The notes below the pieces were generated by a model. It ran no database searches. It had not been told where the DNA came from and saw only the letters and a list, made by a program, of their open reading frames with translations. From NCBI RefSeq assembly GCF_006345805.1, contig NC_043014.1, forward strand, positions 42,780,001 to 42,844,000: a stretch of 64,000 nt of DNA, written 5' to 3'. The position numbers and the translations under genes were made by a program. This stretch comes from Octopus sinensis. Taxonomy: Eukaryota. Positions 23,761 through 36,845 of this stretch are shown in pieces. The number at the start of each line of letters is the position of its first letter. The stretch's first letter is position 1.

Positions 23761-24761
23761 TTAATTTATATATATATATACGATGGGCTTTTTTCAGTTT
23801 CCATTTATCAAATTATTCACAAGGCTTTGGTCAGCCCGAGGCTTTAGTAGAAGACACTTGCCCAAGGTGCCACGCAATGGGACTGAACCTGGGACCATGT
23901 GGTTGGGAAACAAGCTTCTTACCACACAGCCGTACCTAAAATATTAGTGGAAGGTTTTAATTTAAATCACTTAAAAAAAAAAGGGAATTTGTGTTATAGA
24001 ACCAGGGATAGTTCCTGGTGATTTGGTATCAAAAGGGGTCAACAAGTATATTAGGTATATTCATCAGGTTTTAATAAGCTCAAAGATTAGTTGCAGCTCA
24101 ACCCCAATAAAGTACCTTCTTGAGCCATGCCTGGCTCATAAGGGCCGGTTTCCTGGTTTTTTGGCGTATAGGTTCCCCACCTGGACGGGACGCCAATCCA
24201 TCACAGGTGAGCGGCAAGAGGAAAGAGTGAGAGAAAGTTGTGGCGAAAGAGTCAGCAGAAGTTCATCATTACCTTTGCCGGAGCTGCGTGGAGCTTAGGT
24301 GTTTCGCTCATAAACACGCACAACGCCCGGTCTGAGATTTGAACCCGTGATCCCTCGACCGTGAGTCCGCTGCTCTAACCATTAGGCCATGTGCCTCCAC
24401 AATAAATAATACCTTCTATGATAAGTAATCTCAATTGAATCTCAAGTAAGGTGATTCAGTCAAAGATCAGTGTAATAATGGTAAATTGAATCCTGTTTTT
24501 GTCTTGGAATTGCAATTATAAATTATCTTCTTAGACTGTCAAAACTTGTGATGGATTCCTGTAATAGCATAATAGGAAATTTTCTTGTTTTCTTTTCGTT
24601 TCTTTTCGTTTTGTTTTTTTGTTAAAACAAGTGAAATTCCTCAACTGGAATGACCTATCTCTCTCAAAAAGCATTTCTCTCAAAAAGTATTACAAAAGTA
24701 TTGAATTTCCATCAATTTGAAACAAATTCAATAAAAGAGAGCGAGAAAGAAAGAGCAAGAG

Positions 24762-24813
<52 letters not shown>

Positions 24814-24814
24814 C

Positions 24815-24846
<32 letters not shown>

Positions 24847-25139
24847 GGGGGGTGAAAGAGTTAGGTGGGGGGTGGTGGAAAAAATAATTAAAATTCCAGT
24901 TTAAATGAAAAATGGTTGTGGAAACTGTAAATTCCATAGACACTACTGACCAACCATTATTTTGTTACAAGATCTGAAAGAATTGCAAAAAAACCCAAAT
25001 TATCGAATCCATTATTTTGTTAGATTTAATTGAATGTTAAATGTTGATTTTAATGTATTTTTCTGAATGACTTTGAAGGTGGTCTTTGATTACAAACATA
25101 TTTCAATGCTACGCGATAGAAGCAGTGATAATAACATAG

Positions 25140-26313
25140 ATTGAGAATTTAATTAGAGATTACATATTACATATATATATGTATATATATAGTATATATA
25201 TAGTATGTATATATATTATGTTATATATATGTATGTATTATATGTATGTATATGTATGTATGTATATGTATCTATATATATGTATGTATATATATTTTAG
25301 ATAATATGTATATATATGTATGTATATATATATGTATGCATATATATGGTATGTATGTATAATATGTATGTATGTATATATATATATATATATATGTATG
25401 TATGATATGTATGTATATAATGTGTATATATATGTATGTATATGTTAATGTCTATGTCATCTATATAATGTAGTATATATATGTATGTATATGTATGTAT
25501 GTATATATATATATGTATATATATATAATATGTATGTATGTATTATATATAATATATATATATCCATATATATATATATACTAGATATATCTATATATAT
25601 ATATTATATTATATATATATATATGCATATATATAAATATAAATATAATATATATATATATGTATATATATATGCATATATATATATACACACACACACA
25701 CACATTTACAAACATACACACCCATATATACATGCACATACATACATGCATGCATACATGCATATATGCATACATACATGCACATATGCATACATACATA
25801 TATATTCAAAATTAAAATTCAAATATTGAGAAATTAGCAACATATATACATGCTAATTTGAAATATATGCCTATTTTACATGCATACTTACATACATGCC
25901 TATATAATATATATATACATATATATATATATATGCATACATATGTATACATACATACATACAAGAATGCACACTAGATATACATATGTGTGTGTGTTGT
26001 TATATATATATATATATATATAATATATATATATATATAATATATATATATATATATAATTATATATATATATATAGATATATATATAATATATATATTT
26101 ATATATATATATATACACATATACTCACATACATGCTAATTTTGAATATATATCTATATATATACATGCATACATACATATAAACATAGTACATGTATAC
26201 ATACAGGTATGCATGCATACATACATACATGCAAACATGCATACATACAGACTGAAAGACAAAGATACACACACGCAGACTAGTGCTGAGTATACACCTT
26301 CATACTTACATGC

Positions 26314-26362
<49 letters not shown>

Positions 26363-26568
26363 GATAGATGCATATGTACATGCTCATATAAATTATGCAT
26401 ATATACATGCACACACACATATATAAATGTATATGTTCAATGTATATATGTATATTTCTATCTATCTATCTATACACACATACATACATACATACATATA
26501 TACATACATACATATATGCATATTTACATGCAAGCACACACATATACACATGTATATGCACAATGTAT

Positions 26569-26612
<44 letters not shown>

Positions 26613-26700
26613 ACATACATACATATATACATATATACATACATATATGCATATTTACATGCAAGCACACACATATACACATGTATATGCACAATGTATA

Positions 26701-26743
<43 letters not shown>

Positions 26744-26850
26744 ACATACATACATATATACATACATATATGCATATGTACATGCAAGCACACACACATA
26801 CACATGTATATGTACAGTATATATATATGTGTGTGCATATGCAGGTTCAA
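25140..26850. repeat. Compound TA/TATG/TCTA microsatellite field with ~120-bp higher-order repeats at 26440-26800
   Basis: Direct inspection. Confidence 0.9.
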
Positions 26851-27007
26851 AATTAATGTACAAGTACATCTCATAAAATTAGAATCTTAAGAAAAAGACG
26901 GTGAATATTCTAAAACTTATTAATTTGAAGCATAAAATAACAAAAGCTGTGACAGTAAATGCTTCATATTAGACTGTTAGGCTGTGAACCATCTCACTAT
27001 TTTCTAG

Positions 27008-27055
27008 ATTTATTAACTGTGGAGTTTAACAGTACAGATACACCTAAGAATACAT
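27008..27055 (+). CDS. Candidate 48-nt exon, phase 1-1 (LLTVEFNSTDTPKNT)
   Basis: Strong acceptor 'cactattttctag|' and perfect donor '|gtaagt'. Only one frame is open and the length is divisible by 3. Confidence 0.45.
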
Positions 27056-27745
27056 GTAAGTATGTGAATTCTGGTGTGAGGGATCATAGTTTAATGGTTA
27101 GTGTGTTGCACTCACGATCATGAAACGGGTTTCTTTTCTTGGTTTGGGTGCTATATGGTGTTCTTGAGCCAAAATTTTAAGTGCCGGTGGAACGTAAGCG
27201 AACCATCCAAACGTGGCTATTGCCAGCGCAACCCTGACGGGCCTCCGTGCTGGTAGCACGTAAAAAGCACCATCCAATCGTGGCCGTTGCCAGCTTTGCC
27301 TGGTCCCCGTGCCGCTGGTACGTAAAAAGCACCATCCAACCGTGGCCGTTTGCCAGCCCCATCTGGCAGCTGTGCCGGTGGCACGTAAAAGGCACCCACT
27401 ACACTCACGGAGTGGTTGGCGTTAGGAAGGGCATCCAGCCGTAGAAATATTGCCAGATCAGACTGGGCCTGGTGCAGCCTTCTGGCTTCCCAGACCCCAG
27501 CTGAACCGTCCAACCCATGATAGCATGGAAAGTGGACACTAAATGAATGATGATGATGATGATGATGATGATGATGTTGCTCTGTGGTTGTTTCGATATC
27601 TGATGTGCAGTGGCCCAGCAACAAAATTTGCTAAGGGGGTGCAAACCCAAGTACTAATTTTTTAATGAAAAATATGGATTTTTCCAATGTTAACATTAAA
27701 ACAAATTCAGGTATAATAATAATTTTTATTACTATGAGGGTCAAC

Positions 27746-28221
27746 TGAACTCTTCTACTTGTTTCTGTGATTCGACTGCAGCCATGCTGGAGCAACACCT
27801 TGACGGGATTTTCGTCGAACTAATTGAACCTAGGACTTATATTTCAAGCCTAGTACTTACTATATCAGTCTTTTTCTGCTGAACCGCTCAGTCACAGGGA
27901 CTTAAACACACCAGTTGTCAAGACACAAGGGGAGATGCAAACAGCAAGGGTGGGACAAACAGATACAAAGACACACATCCATAGCAGTGGCCCAGCAACA
28001 AAATTTGCTAAGGGAGTGCAAACCCAGGTCCTAATTTTTTAATGAAAAATGTGGATTTTTTCCAATGTTAACATTAAAACAAATGCAGGTATAATAATTT
28101 TTATTATTATGAGGGTTGGCTGAAATGTTCATAATCTGAGCAAGACACTCTCAATGGAATGTGACCAAATGAAGTTCATTTTCTAACATAGTTCCTCTTA
28201 CTGTCTACACACTTCCATAAG
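27746..28221. repeat. Inverted duplicate of 52001-52401 plus 52754-52824
   Basis: Reverse-complement match that runs across several element junctions (old SINE, spacer, mariner end). Confidence 0.85.
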
Positions 28222-29920
28222 AGTGTGTCCTCAAGAAAAAAACCTAGCGAACACCAACACACTCTTTGTGGTAAAACTATTTGACGTCTATTTCTAGCGT
28301 ATAGGATTCTACTTTAGTGGTCATTTCTCTTGTTAATTGTAATATAATTTTTAAATCTTTAGATTTTTTTGAATATGCTAGACCACTGGTTTAAATTGAT
28401 GTTAATTGATAAATATCAATTTCTACCCTTAGTATTTTAATATATATATATATATCATCATCATCCTCATCATCATTTAATGTCCGTTTTCCATACTAGC
28501 ATGGGTTGGGCGATTTGACTGAGGACTGGTGAACCAGAGGGCTGTGCCAGGCTCCAATCTGATCTGGCAGAGTTTCTACAGCTGGATGCCCTTCCTAATA
28601 CCAACCACTCTGAGAGTGTAGTGGGTGCTTTTACATGCCACCGGCACAGGTGCCAGGTGAGGCTGGCAAATGGCTATGATCGGTTAGTGCTTTTTACGTG
28701 CCACCAGCACAGAAGCCAGTCAAGGCGGTGCTGGCATCGGCCACATTCAGATGGTGCTTTTTACGTGCCACTGGCACAGGTATCACAGCTACAATTTCCA
28801 TTTGATTTTTGATGTTGATGTTGACGTACTTGACTCAATAGGTCTCCTCAAGCACAGTGTGTGTATATATATATATATATATCATCATCCTTTAACATCT
28901 GCTTTCCATGCTAGCATGGGTTGGATGATTTGACTGAGGACTGGTGAACCAGATGGCTGTGCCAGGCTCCAATCTGATCCGGCAGAGTTTCTACAGCTGG
29001 ATGCCCTTCCAAACACCACCCACTCTGAGAGTGTAGTGGGTGCTTTTACGTGCCACCGGCACGGGGGGCCAGTCAGGCAGTACTGGCGACGGCCACGAAA
29101 AAATCATGTGTGTGTGTGTGTGTGTAGGTAGGGGGGTGCCCATTTTCCATGCTGGCATATGTACAACAAGCTTCTTCGCTGTCTCCGTTTACTAAATTCT
29201 GCTGAAACAGCATTGGTTGGCCAAAAATTATGATAGATAACACTTTTCCCTGGCTCTGAGCTCTGCCACATAACTGTGAGCCAAATGGTTACAAAGCATT
29301 CTTTTTCACTGCAAAGCCATGTCCTTTTAATGATGAGTATATTAATAATACAATCTGACAGATATAATAAAAATAATAATAATAAAAAATACAGAAAACT
29401 ATAACCAATTTTTCTATGTAATCAGATTTACAAATAAATCTATAATAACATATTTGCTTTTAATTTAAAAATAAGGAAGTTTTTTTTTAAAAAAAACGAA
29501 ATAATTAAAATATAAGATATTATCTGCTAATCAAAAAGTTCCATACACAAAGTCAAGAATTTTTAATTGGGTATTATAAAATCCTGCATTGTTGTTGCTG
29601 TTGTTGTTGTTATTGTTGTGTTGCTGCTGCTGTTGTTGTTGTTGTTGTTGTTGTTGCTATTGCTGTTGTTGTTGTTTTGCCCTAGGTCAGGCTTGCTTGT
29701 TGTCTTGAAATTACTTGGATAACCAATGCTCGGCTAATGAAACTCCGAATGGATTAAACCCGTGACATTTAAGTAGCCGGTCGAGTAAATAGATGCGAGT
29801 CACTAATCTATGATCATCAGCATCGTCGTCGTCGTCATCATCATCATCACCATCATCACTGTCATCATCACCATCACCATCATCATCATCATCGTCATTG
29901 CCATCATCATCTTCATTTTA

Positions 29921-30300
29921 CAAGAGGGTGCTGCAAAGTTCCTGTCTTGGATTAAAAGAAAATACAGGAGGATTAGTTAATCCTGGTTCTCTTATATGAA
30001 CAAATTCATTCTTATTGCGCTGTGAACGACAGATTTGGTGTTCATAACTGATGAAGCAAAATGACGCAGAAATGCACGTGTCCTATAATCCAGGGACATC
30101 ATTTACAGCCCAATGTGTTTTGACACATGTCGTCTAGGAGGAGAAATTTTTCTCAGAACTATTTCTGCCCCTGGAGGTCTGCCCATATTTCAGTGTGTTC
30201 AAACATGAAAGATATGAAGTTAAATGGTGCTTCTCCCTGGTGAACCAGACTGTACTGTACTCAGTTATTTTCTACAACATCAGCAGAGTAACAAAACCAT
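29921..30300. mobile_element. Mariner-type MITE fragment; diverged internal copies at ~30728-31058 and ~36125-36240 (inverted)
   Basis: TA + CAAGAGGGTGCTGCAAAGTTCCTG resembles a mariner TIR, and the internal sequence is repeated locally. Confidence 0.55.
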
Positions 30301-30539
30301 TTACAGTTCTGATATACTCTTTCTCTCTTTTACTCTTTTACTTGTTTCAGTCATTTGACTGCAGCCATGCTGGAGCACCGCCTTTAGTCGAGCAAATCGA
30401 CCCTGGGACTTATTCTTTGTAAGCCCAGTACTTATTCTATCGGTCTCTTTTGCTAAACTGCTAAGTGACGGGGACGTAAACACACCAGCATCGGTTGTCA
30501 AGCAATGCTAGAGGGACAAACACAGACACACAAACATAT

Positions 30540-30572
<33 letters not shown>

Positions 30573-31075
30573 CGACAGGCTTCTTTCAGTTTCCGTCTAC
30601 CAAATCCACTCACAAGGCTTTGGTCAGCCTGAGGCTATAGCAGAAGACACTTGCCCAAGATGCCACGCAGTGGGACTGAACCCGGAACCATGTGGTTGGT
30701 TAGCAAGCTACTTATCACACAGCCACAAATTCATTCTTATTGCACTGTGAGCGACGATTTGGTGTTCATAACTGATGAAGCAAAATGACGCAGAAATGCA
30801 TGTGTCTTATGAGCCAATGATATTGCTTACAGTCCAGCATGTTTTAACATGAAATTTCTCCCAGAACTATTTCTGCTGTTGAAGGTCTACCCACACTTCA
30901 GTGTGTTCAAACATAAATGAATTTAATTGCTCAAACATGAAAGATATGAAGTTAATACTTGAAAATAACATTAGAAACAAAATTACACTTTTTCTCTGGT
31001 GAACCAGACTGTACTATACCCAGTTATTTTCTGCAATATCAACAGAGTGACAAAACATAAAGACAAGACTACTAG

Positions 31076-31159
31076 ATGCAGACTTCCCATTCAACTTACA
31101 ACACCTTCGGAGCATGTGTAAAGCATATGTTCTAGGTGTGCTTTATACCACCAAAATTG
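31076..31159 (+). CDS. Candidate 84-nt exon, phase 1-1 (ADFPFNLQHLRSMCKAYVLGVLYTTKI)
   Basis: Open frame and donor G|gtaaat. The acceptor is weak and lies next to a MITE fragment. Confidence 0.25.
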
Positions 31160-31502
31160 GTAAATTTTCTTTTAAATACTTTTGTTCTTGCAGTAGCATG
31201 ATATAATCTAGTAGTAATTTGTTTTCATATCTACCAATTCACACTCTAAAACATGATTAAATCAGCTTAAAATCGTATGATGTCTAGGAATAGCCTGAAG
31301 TTTGGTAAGTTCGTTTTTTGAGCAGTATAAATGTGGCTCTGTGCTAAGAAGTTTACTTACCAACCACATTGTTTCTGGTTCAGTCCCACCGTGCTGCACC
31401 TTGGGTGTCTTCTGCTAGAGCCCCAAGCCAACCAAAGTCTTGTGAGTAGATTTGGTAGGTGGAAATTGAAAGAAGCTCATCATATGTATGTATGTATGTA
31501 TG

Positions 31503-31536
<34 letters not shown>

Positions 31537-31559
31537 TGTATGTATGTATGTATGTGTAT

Positions 31560-31790
31560 ATCGCTTATATAAAATCTGTTCTGTCTGTCTGTCTGTGTGT
31601 CTTGTCGGATCTCGGGCATCCTCCATCCGATTGCACTCAAATTTGATATGTAGATACTAATGGTATCAGGGTGTGTATAAGTCATGAAAAAATCACAAAA
31701 ATCGATTCCAGGTGAGAATGCAATCGATAAAGCCATTTTTGTCCTGCTTTTCTTCCGTCAACCTGTACATAACTGCACCTTCCACTATAT
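31560..31790 (+). mobile_element. Possible Helitron-derived (DINE/HINE-like) 5' fragment
   Basis: 'tatataaaatc', (CTGT)n and 'catccgattgcactcaaatttg' resemble the 5' layout of non-autonomous Helitrons. No 3' CTAG end found. Confidence 0.35.
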
Positions 31791-32038
31791 GTTTAAAATT
31801 TATAAGTTTAAATTATTTGAATAATTTTTTAAATTTTAACTTTTATATTTAAAAATTAATTTTATGTATTGGCTTATGTTTTTCACTGTTTGATTTGCAT
31901 AATAGTGGTTTTATCTCTAATTTAATATAATATAATATATTTATACTATAAAATTGGATTTAATCCTAAATCTAATTTTTCCCTGTAAGTTTGGATTTAT
32001 TCACTATATTATTATTATCATATATATAATATATATAT

Positions 32039-32089
<51 letters not shown>

Positions 32090-32383
32090 TACTGTTCCAT
32101 GATAGAAAGATCAACAAAAAGCGTACTCCATCTGGTAAGAGATAAATATTGTTTAATAGATGCAGTTTATGATTTTATGCACTACTAAAAGTTTCATATG
32201 TTGAGAAATACCTCAAACATAATCATCAGACACAAGCCACATATCATATGATATGTGGTTTGTGCTGCCAAAAGGATGAAAGGCAAAGTTAACCTTAAAC
32301 TCAGAATGTAACAACGGACAAAATGTTGCCAAACATTTCGCTCAGCATGCAAACAATTCTGCCAGCTAACCACCTTAATAATA

Positions 32384-32466
<83 letters not shown>

Positions 32467-33013
32467 AATAAAAATAACAACAACAACAACAACAATAATA
32501 AATGCCCTGATGCAGTACCATGCACTGGCTCCCATGGCTTCTGATCTTAACTGATTGGCAGAGTTATCATCTACATGTTTTGTCTTGGTATAAAAGATGG
32601 GCTACAGCAAATATTCTGCTCAATACCACAGATTTGCTTGACAGTTGTTTGATCTTAACCAGTTGAGCATGTCCTTTGGTAGCTGATGATATGTGCATTT
32701 CTGATCATGAGCAGAAGTAGAGCTGAGAGGAATTCTTTGGAGTGATTCACCTCTGGAAACGTGTTTCATTCAACATCCTTAAACAACCCTTATTCAGGGA
32801 TCTTTTGAGTGGGATGGGCTACTGAACCTGAAGAAAATTCTAACTGGGCCCCACCTGCAAGGTCACGTGCTGTTTATCACCATGTCGCGCACATATGGTT
32901 GTAATGCAATTGCTAGGTGTACCCTTATCAGACAAGTAGTCATTATGGATATACTGGGCTTCATATATTTTTACCCCAGTGTCACTTTGATGGCATGCAC
33001 TGCTCTCTCACTC

Positions 33014-33063
<50 letters not shown>

Positions 33064-34016
33064 TAATAATAATAATTGAGCCCCACCTGCAAGGTCATGT
33101 GCTGTTTATCTTAATATAAGGTCATCATGTCATGTACCAATGGTTGTGATGCATGTGCCTGGTGTACCCTTATCAGACAAGTAGTCATTATGGGCATACT
33201 GGGTTTCATATATTTTACCCCAGTGTCACTTTGATGGCATGCACTGCTCTCTCACTCAATAATAATAATAATAATAATAATAATGATAATAACAATAATA
33301 AGAATGGTTTCACATTTTGGCACAAAGCCAGCAATTTCAGGGGAGAGGCTAAGTCAGTTACACCAGCTCCAGTATTCAGCTGGGGAATTACAACCGTGTT
33401 TCATGGTCTGCTACCACAACAGCTCCTTTATAGGATCCAGTTAGCTCAAGACATCATCAGGAGAAACCACGTCCGGTTTCGGCCCCTACTCCTCTACCGT
33501 TTTGACGTGGCGAGCCCCCCTCTTTCGGAGGTGTCAGATCTGGTGTTGGGTGCATGTCTTCTTTCTTCTTCTTTCTTCTGTTTCCTGGCCTCTTCGATGT
33601 ATCGTCAGCGAGTGTCAGCCAGTGACTGACTGACTTGTCAAATTTTTCCCTTTAAATGCCTGCTGTTAGGCTCCAGCAGGCAGCCCCAGCAAGTTGTCAC
33701 GTGGCACAGTCTCACCTTAACTGACTAGTGAAGGCACATAGTTTTAGCCTGCGCATTCTCTAAACGACCGTCACCTGTCAGTCAGCGAAGCTGATTCAGT
33801 GTCAGCTTGTCTCACCTAGTGATGTTATTTGTCGCCGGCATGTTATGGCTTTCAAGCCATTTTAGGTCTTCCCGCTTCAGCCATAAGTAAAGTACTTGCT
33901 TTACTCATCCCACCAAAAGTCGACCTTGGTGGAATTTAAATGACAGACGAAATGGCATCAAACATTTTGCCTAGCTTTCAAATGATTTTGCCAGCACACC
34001 ACCTTAATAGCTATAC

Positions 34017-34068
<52 letters not shown>

Positions 34069-34717
34069 TATATATATATACATATATATCATAATACTTA
34101 TTCTTTCAGGGCTGTAATTTAGTCAGTTTTTTTTTATCTGTTAATGATTTATGCTTTAAAAAAAGATGAAGAAGAATTGAATGGGAACATTTGAAGATTC
34201 TGTGTTAATGAATTACATGGCTTTGTTATTCATTTCTTATGGATTATTGAAATCCATATTGCCACATGTGTTAACATAATCAATAACAAGTAGAAACGAT
34301 TTTATGCCTACCGTAGCTTATATGACAGAATCAAAGATTTTACAATGGAATGCCTTATATATTGTTGTAGTTATTGTTATTGCTGTTGTTGTTGTTGTTG
34401 TTGTGGTTGTTATTGTTATTGTTGTTGTGTTGTTTTGTTAGACTCGTCAGCCATCAAACTGACAAAATACCAGACCCAACCCTAACACAAGATATTATGA
34501 GAGAAATAAAATTTATTGCCGCTCCTTCCTGTTCTTCGTTAATGAGCAGACAAAAAAAAGCTGGCATGGCCCGTGTGGTTAAGAAGATTGTTTTGTAACC
34601 ATATTGTTTCAGGTTCAGTCCTACGGTGTGACACCTTGGGGAAAACTGTCTTCTACTATAACACCAGGCCAATTAAGGCCTCGTGAGTGACTTTGGCTGA
34701 CAGAAACTGTATGGAAG

Positions 34718-35315
34718 GCGGTGAGCTGGCAGAAACGTTAGCATGCTGGGCAAAAAGCTTAGCGGTATTTTCTCTGCTGTTACGTTCTGAGTTCAAATTC
34801 CGCTGAGGTCAACTTTGCATTTTATCCTTTCAGGGTTGATAAATTAAGTACCAGTTACACACTGGGGTCGATGTAATCGACTTAATACCTATATCTGGCC
34901 TTGTTTGTCCCCTCTATATTTAGCCCCTTGTGGGTAAAAAAGAAATAGGTATTTCGTCTGCCATTACGTTCTGAGTTCAAATTCCGCTGAGGTCAACTTT
35001 GCCTTTCATCCTTTCAGGGTTGATTAAATAAGTGCCAGTTATGCACTGGGGTCGATGTAATCGACTTAATCCGATTGTCTGTCCTTGTTTGTCCCCTCTG
35101 TGTTTAGCCCCTTGTGGGTAATAAAGAAATAGGTATTTTGTCTGCCGTTACGTTCTGAGTTCAAATTCCGCTGAGGTCGACTTTGCCTCTCATCCTTTCA
35201 GGGTCGATAAATTAAGTACCAGTTCTGCAGTGGGGTTGATGTAATTGACTTGATCCCTTTGTCTGTCCTTGTTTGTCCCCTCTGTGTTTGGCCCCTTGTG
35301 AGCAATAAAGAAATA
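34718..35315 (+). mobile_element. SINE family A trimer flanked by a single 16-bp TSD
   Basis: AGAAACTGTATGGAAG (34702-34717) and AGAAACTGAATGGAAG (35316-35331) flank head plus three bodies. Confidence 0.88.
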
Positions 35316-35344
35316 AGAAACTGAATGGAAGTCCAGCATGTTTT

Positions 35345-35380
<36 letters not shown>

Positions 35381-36244
35381 GTGAGTGTGTGTGGGTGTGG
35401 GTGTGTAAGTGAGTGTGTTTGTGTGCACCTATTTGTGTATGTATGTATGTATGCACATATGTATGTATTTATGTGCATGTGTATGTATGTGTGTGTGTGT
35501 GTGTGCATGCATGCGTGTGCGTATATGTGTGTGTGTGTGTGTGCATCTCTGTGCCTACAGTACTTAACAACCAGTTAAGTAGTGTTTACATCATCCCCAT
35601 AACTAAACAGTTCAGCAAAAGACACTGATAGAATAAGAAACAGGTTTAAAACAAACAAACAAACAAAAAAAAATACTAGGGTCAATTCATTTGACTAAAA
35701 ATTCTTCAAGGCAGTGCCCCAGCATGGCCAAAGTCTAATGACTGAAACAAGTAAAAGACAATAGATAATACTCCTTTGTCTGGTGCTTTTATGGAAAATA
35801 AGGAAACGGTAAAGGCTGTTACCACTTTTATATGGCAGTTCTATGCAGAACAAATGTTACTATATTTTAACCCCAGAAAAACATCTTTTCCCACAGGCTA
35901 ACAACACACAACCTGTGTCTGTTTTATTGAGAGCAAGGGAACGAACAACTCCCACTCCAGCAAAACGAAACCAGTAGACTAGATTCTGGGTTCCTTCTCA
36001 TCCTCAGTACGAGACGTTTGCCTGCTAGAAATGACAGCTATTTGTCCTTACTCGCAATATATATATTTCTTTACTACCCACAAGGGGCTAAACACAGAGG
36101 GGACAAGCAAGGACAGACAAACAGATTGGGCTGTAAATAATGTCACTGGATTATAGGAGACATGCATTTCTGCGTCATTTTGCTTCATCAGTTATGAACA
36201 TCAAATCTGTCATTCACAACGCAATTAGAACGAGTTTGATCTTA

Positions 36245-36845
36245 TATATTTCTTTACTACCCTCAAGGGGCTAAATACAGAGGAGACAAACAAAGACAGA
36301 CAAACGGATTAAGTCGATTACATCGACCCCAGTGTGTAACTGGTACTTAATTTATCGACCCCGAAAGGATAAAATGCAAAGTCGACCTCGGCGGAATTTG
36401 AACTCAGAACGTAACGGCAGGCGAAATACCTATTTCTTTATTGCCCATAGGGGGCTAAACACAGAGGGGACAAACAAGGACAGACAAACGGATTAAGTTG
36501 ACTACATCAACCCCAGTGCATAACTGGTATTTAATTTATCGACCCCAAAAGGATGAAAGGCAAAGTCGACCTCAGCGGAATTTGAACTCAGAACGTAACG
36601 GCAGGCGAAATACCAATTTCTTTATTGCCCACAAGGGGCTAAACACAGAGGGAACAAACAAGGACAAACAAACGGATTAAGTCGGTTATATCGACCCCAG
36701 TGCATAACTGGTACTTTATTTATCGACCCCGGAAAGATGAAAGGCAAAGTCGACCTCGGCGGAATTTGAAGTCAGAATGTAACGGCAGACGAAATACGGC
36801 TACGCATTTTGCCCGACGTGCTAACGTTTCTGCCAGCTCACCGCC
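36245..36845 (-). mobile_element. SINE family A trimer
   Basis: Three units, with one head at ~36800-36845. Confidence 0.85.

Noticed and set aside
30040-30090. CTGATGA...GAAA motif in the mariner-MITE (also ~30771 and ~36185)
   Set aside because: No 10.1-11.1 base pair, the residue at position 17 is not consistently cleavable, and stem I is not adjacent. It does not fold as a hammerhead.
33445-33485. Type II hammerhead reading (GAAAC before CTGATGA on the minus strand)
   Set aside because: Only 4 nt lie between the putative cleavage site and the core, so stem I cannot form. It is a simple hairpin.
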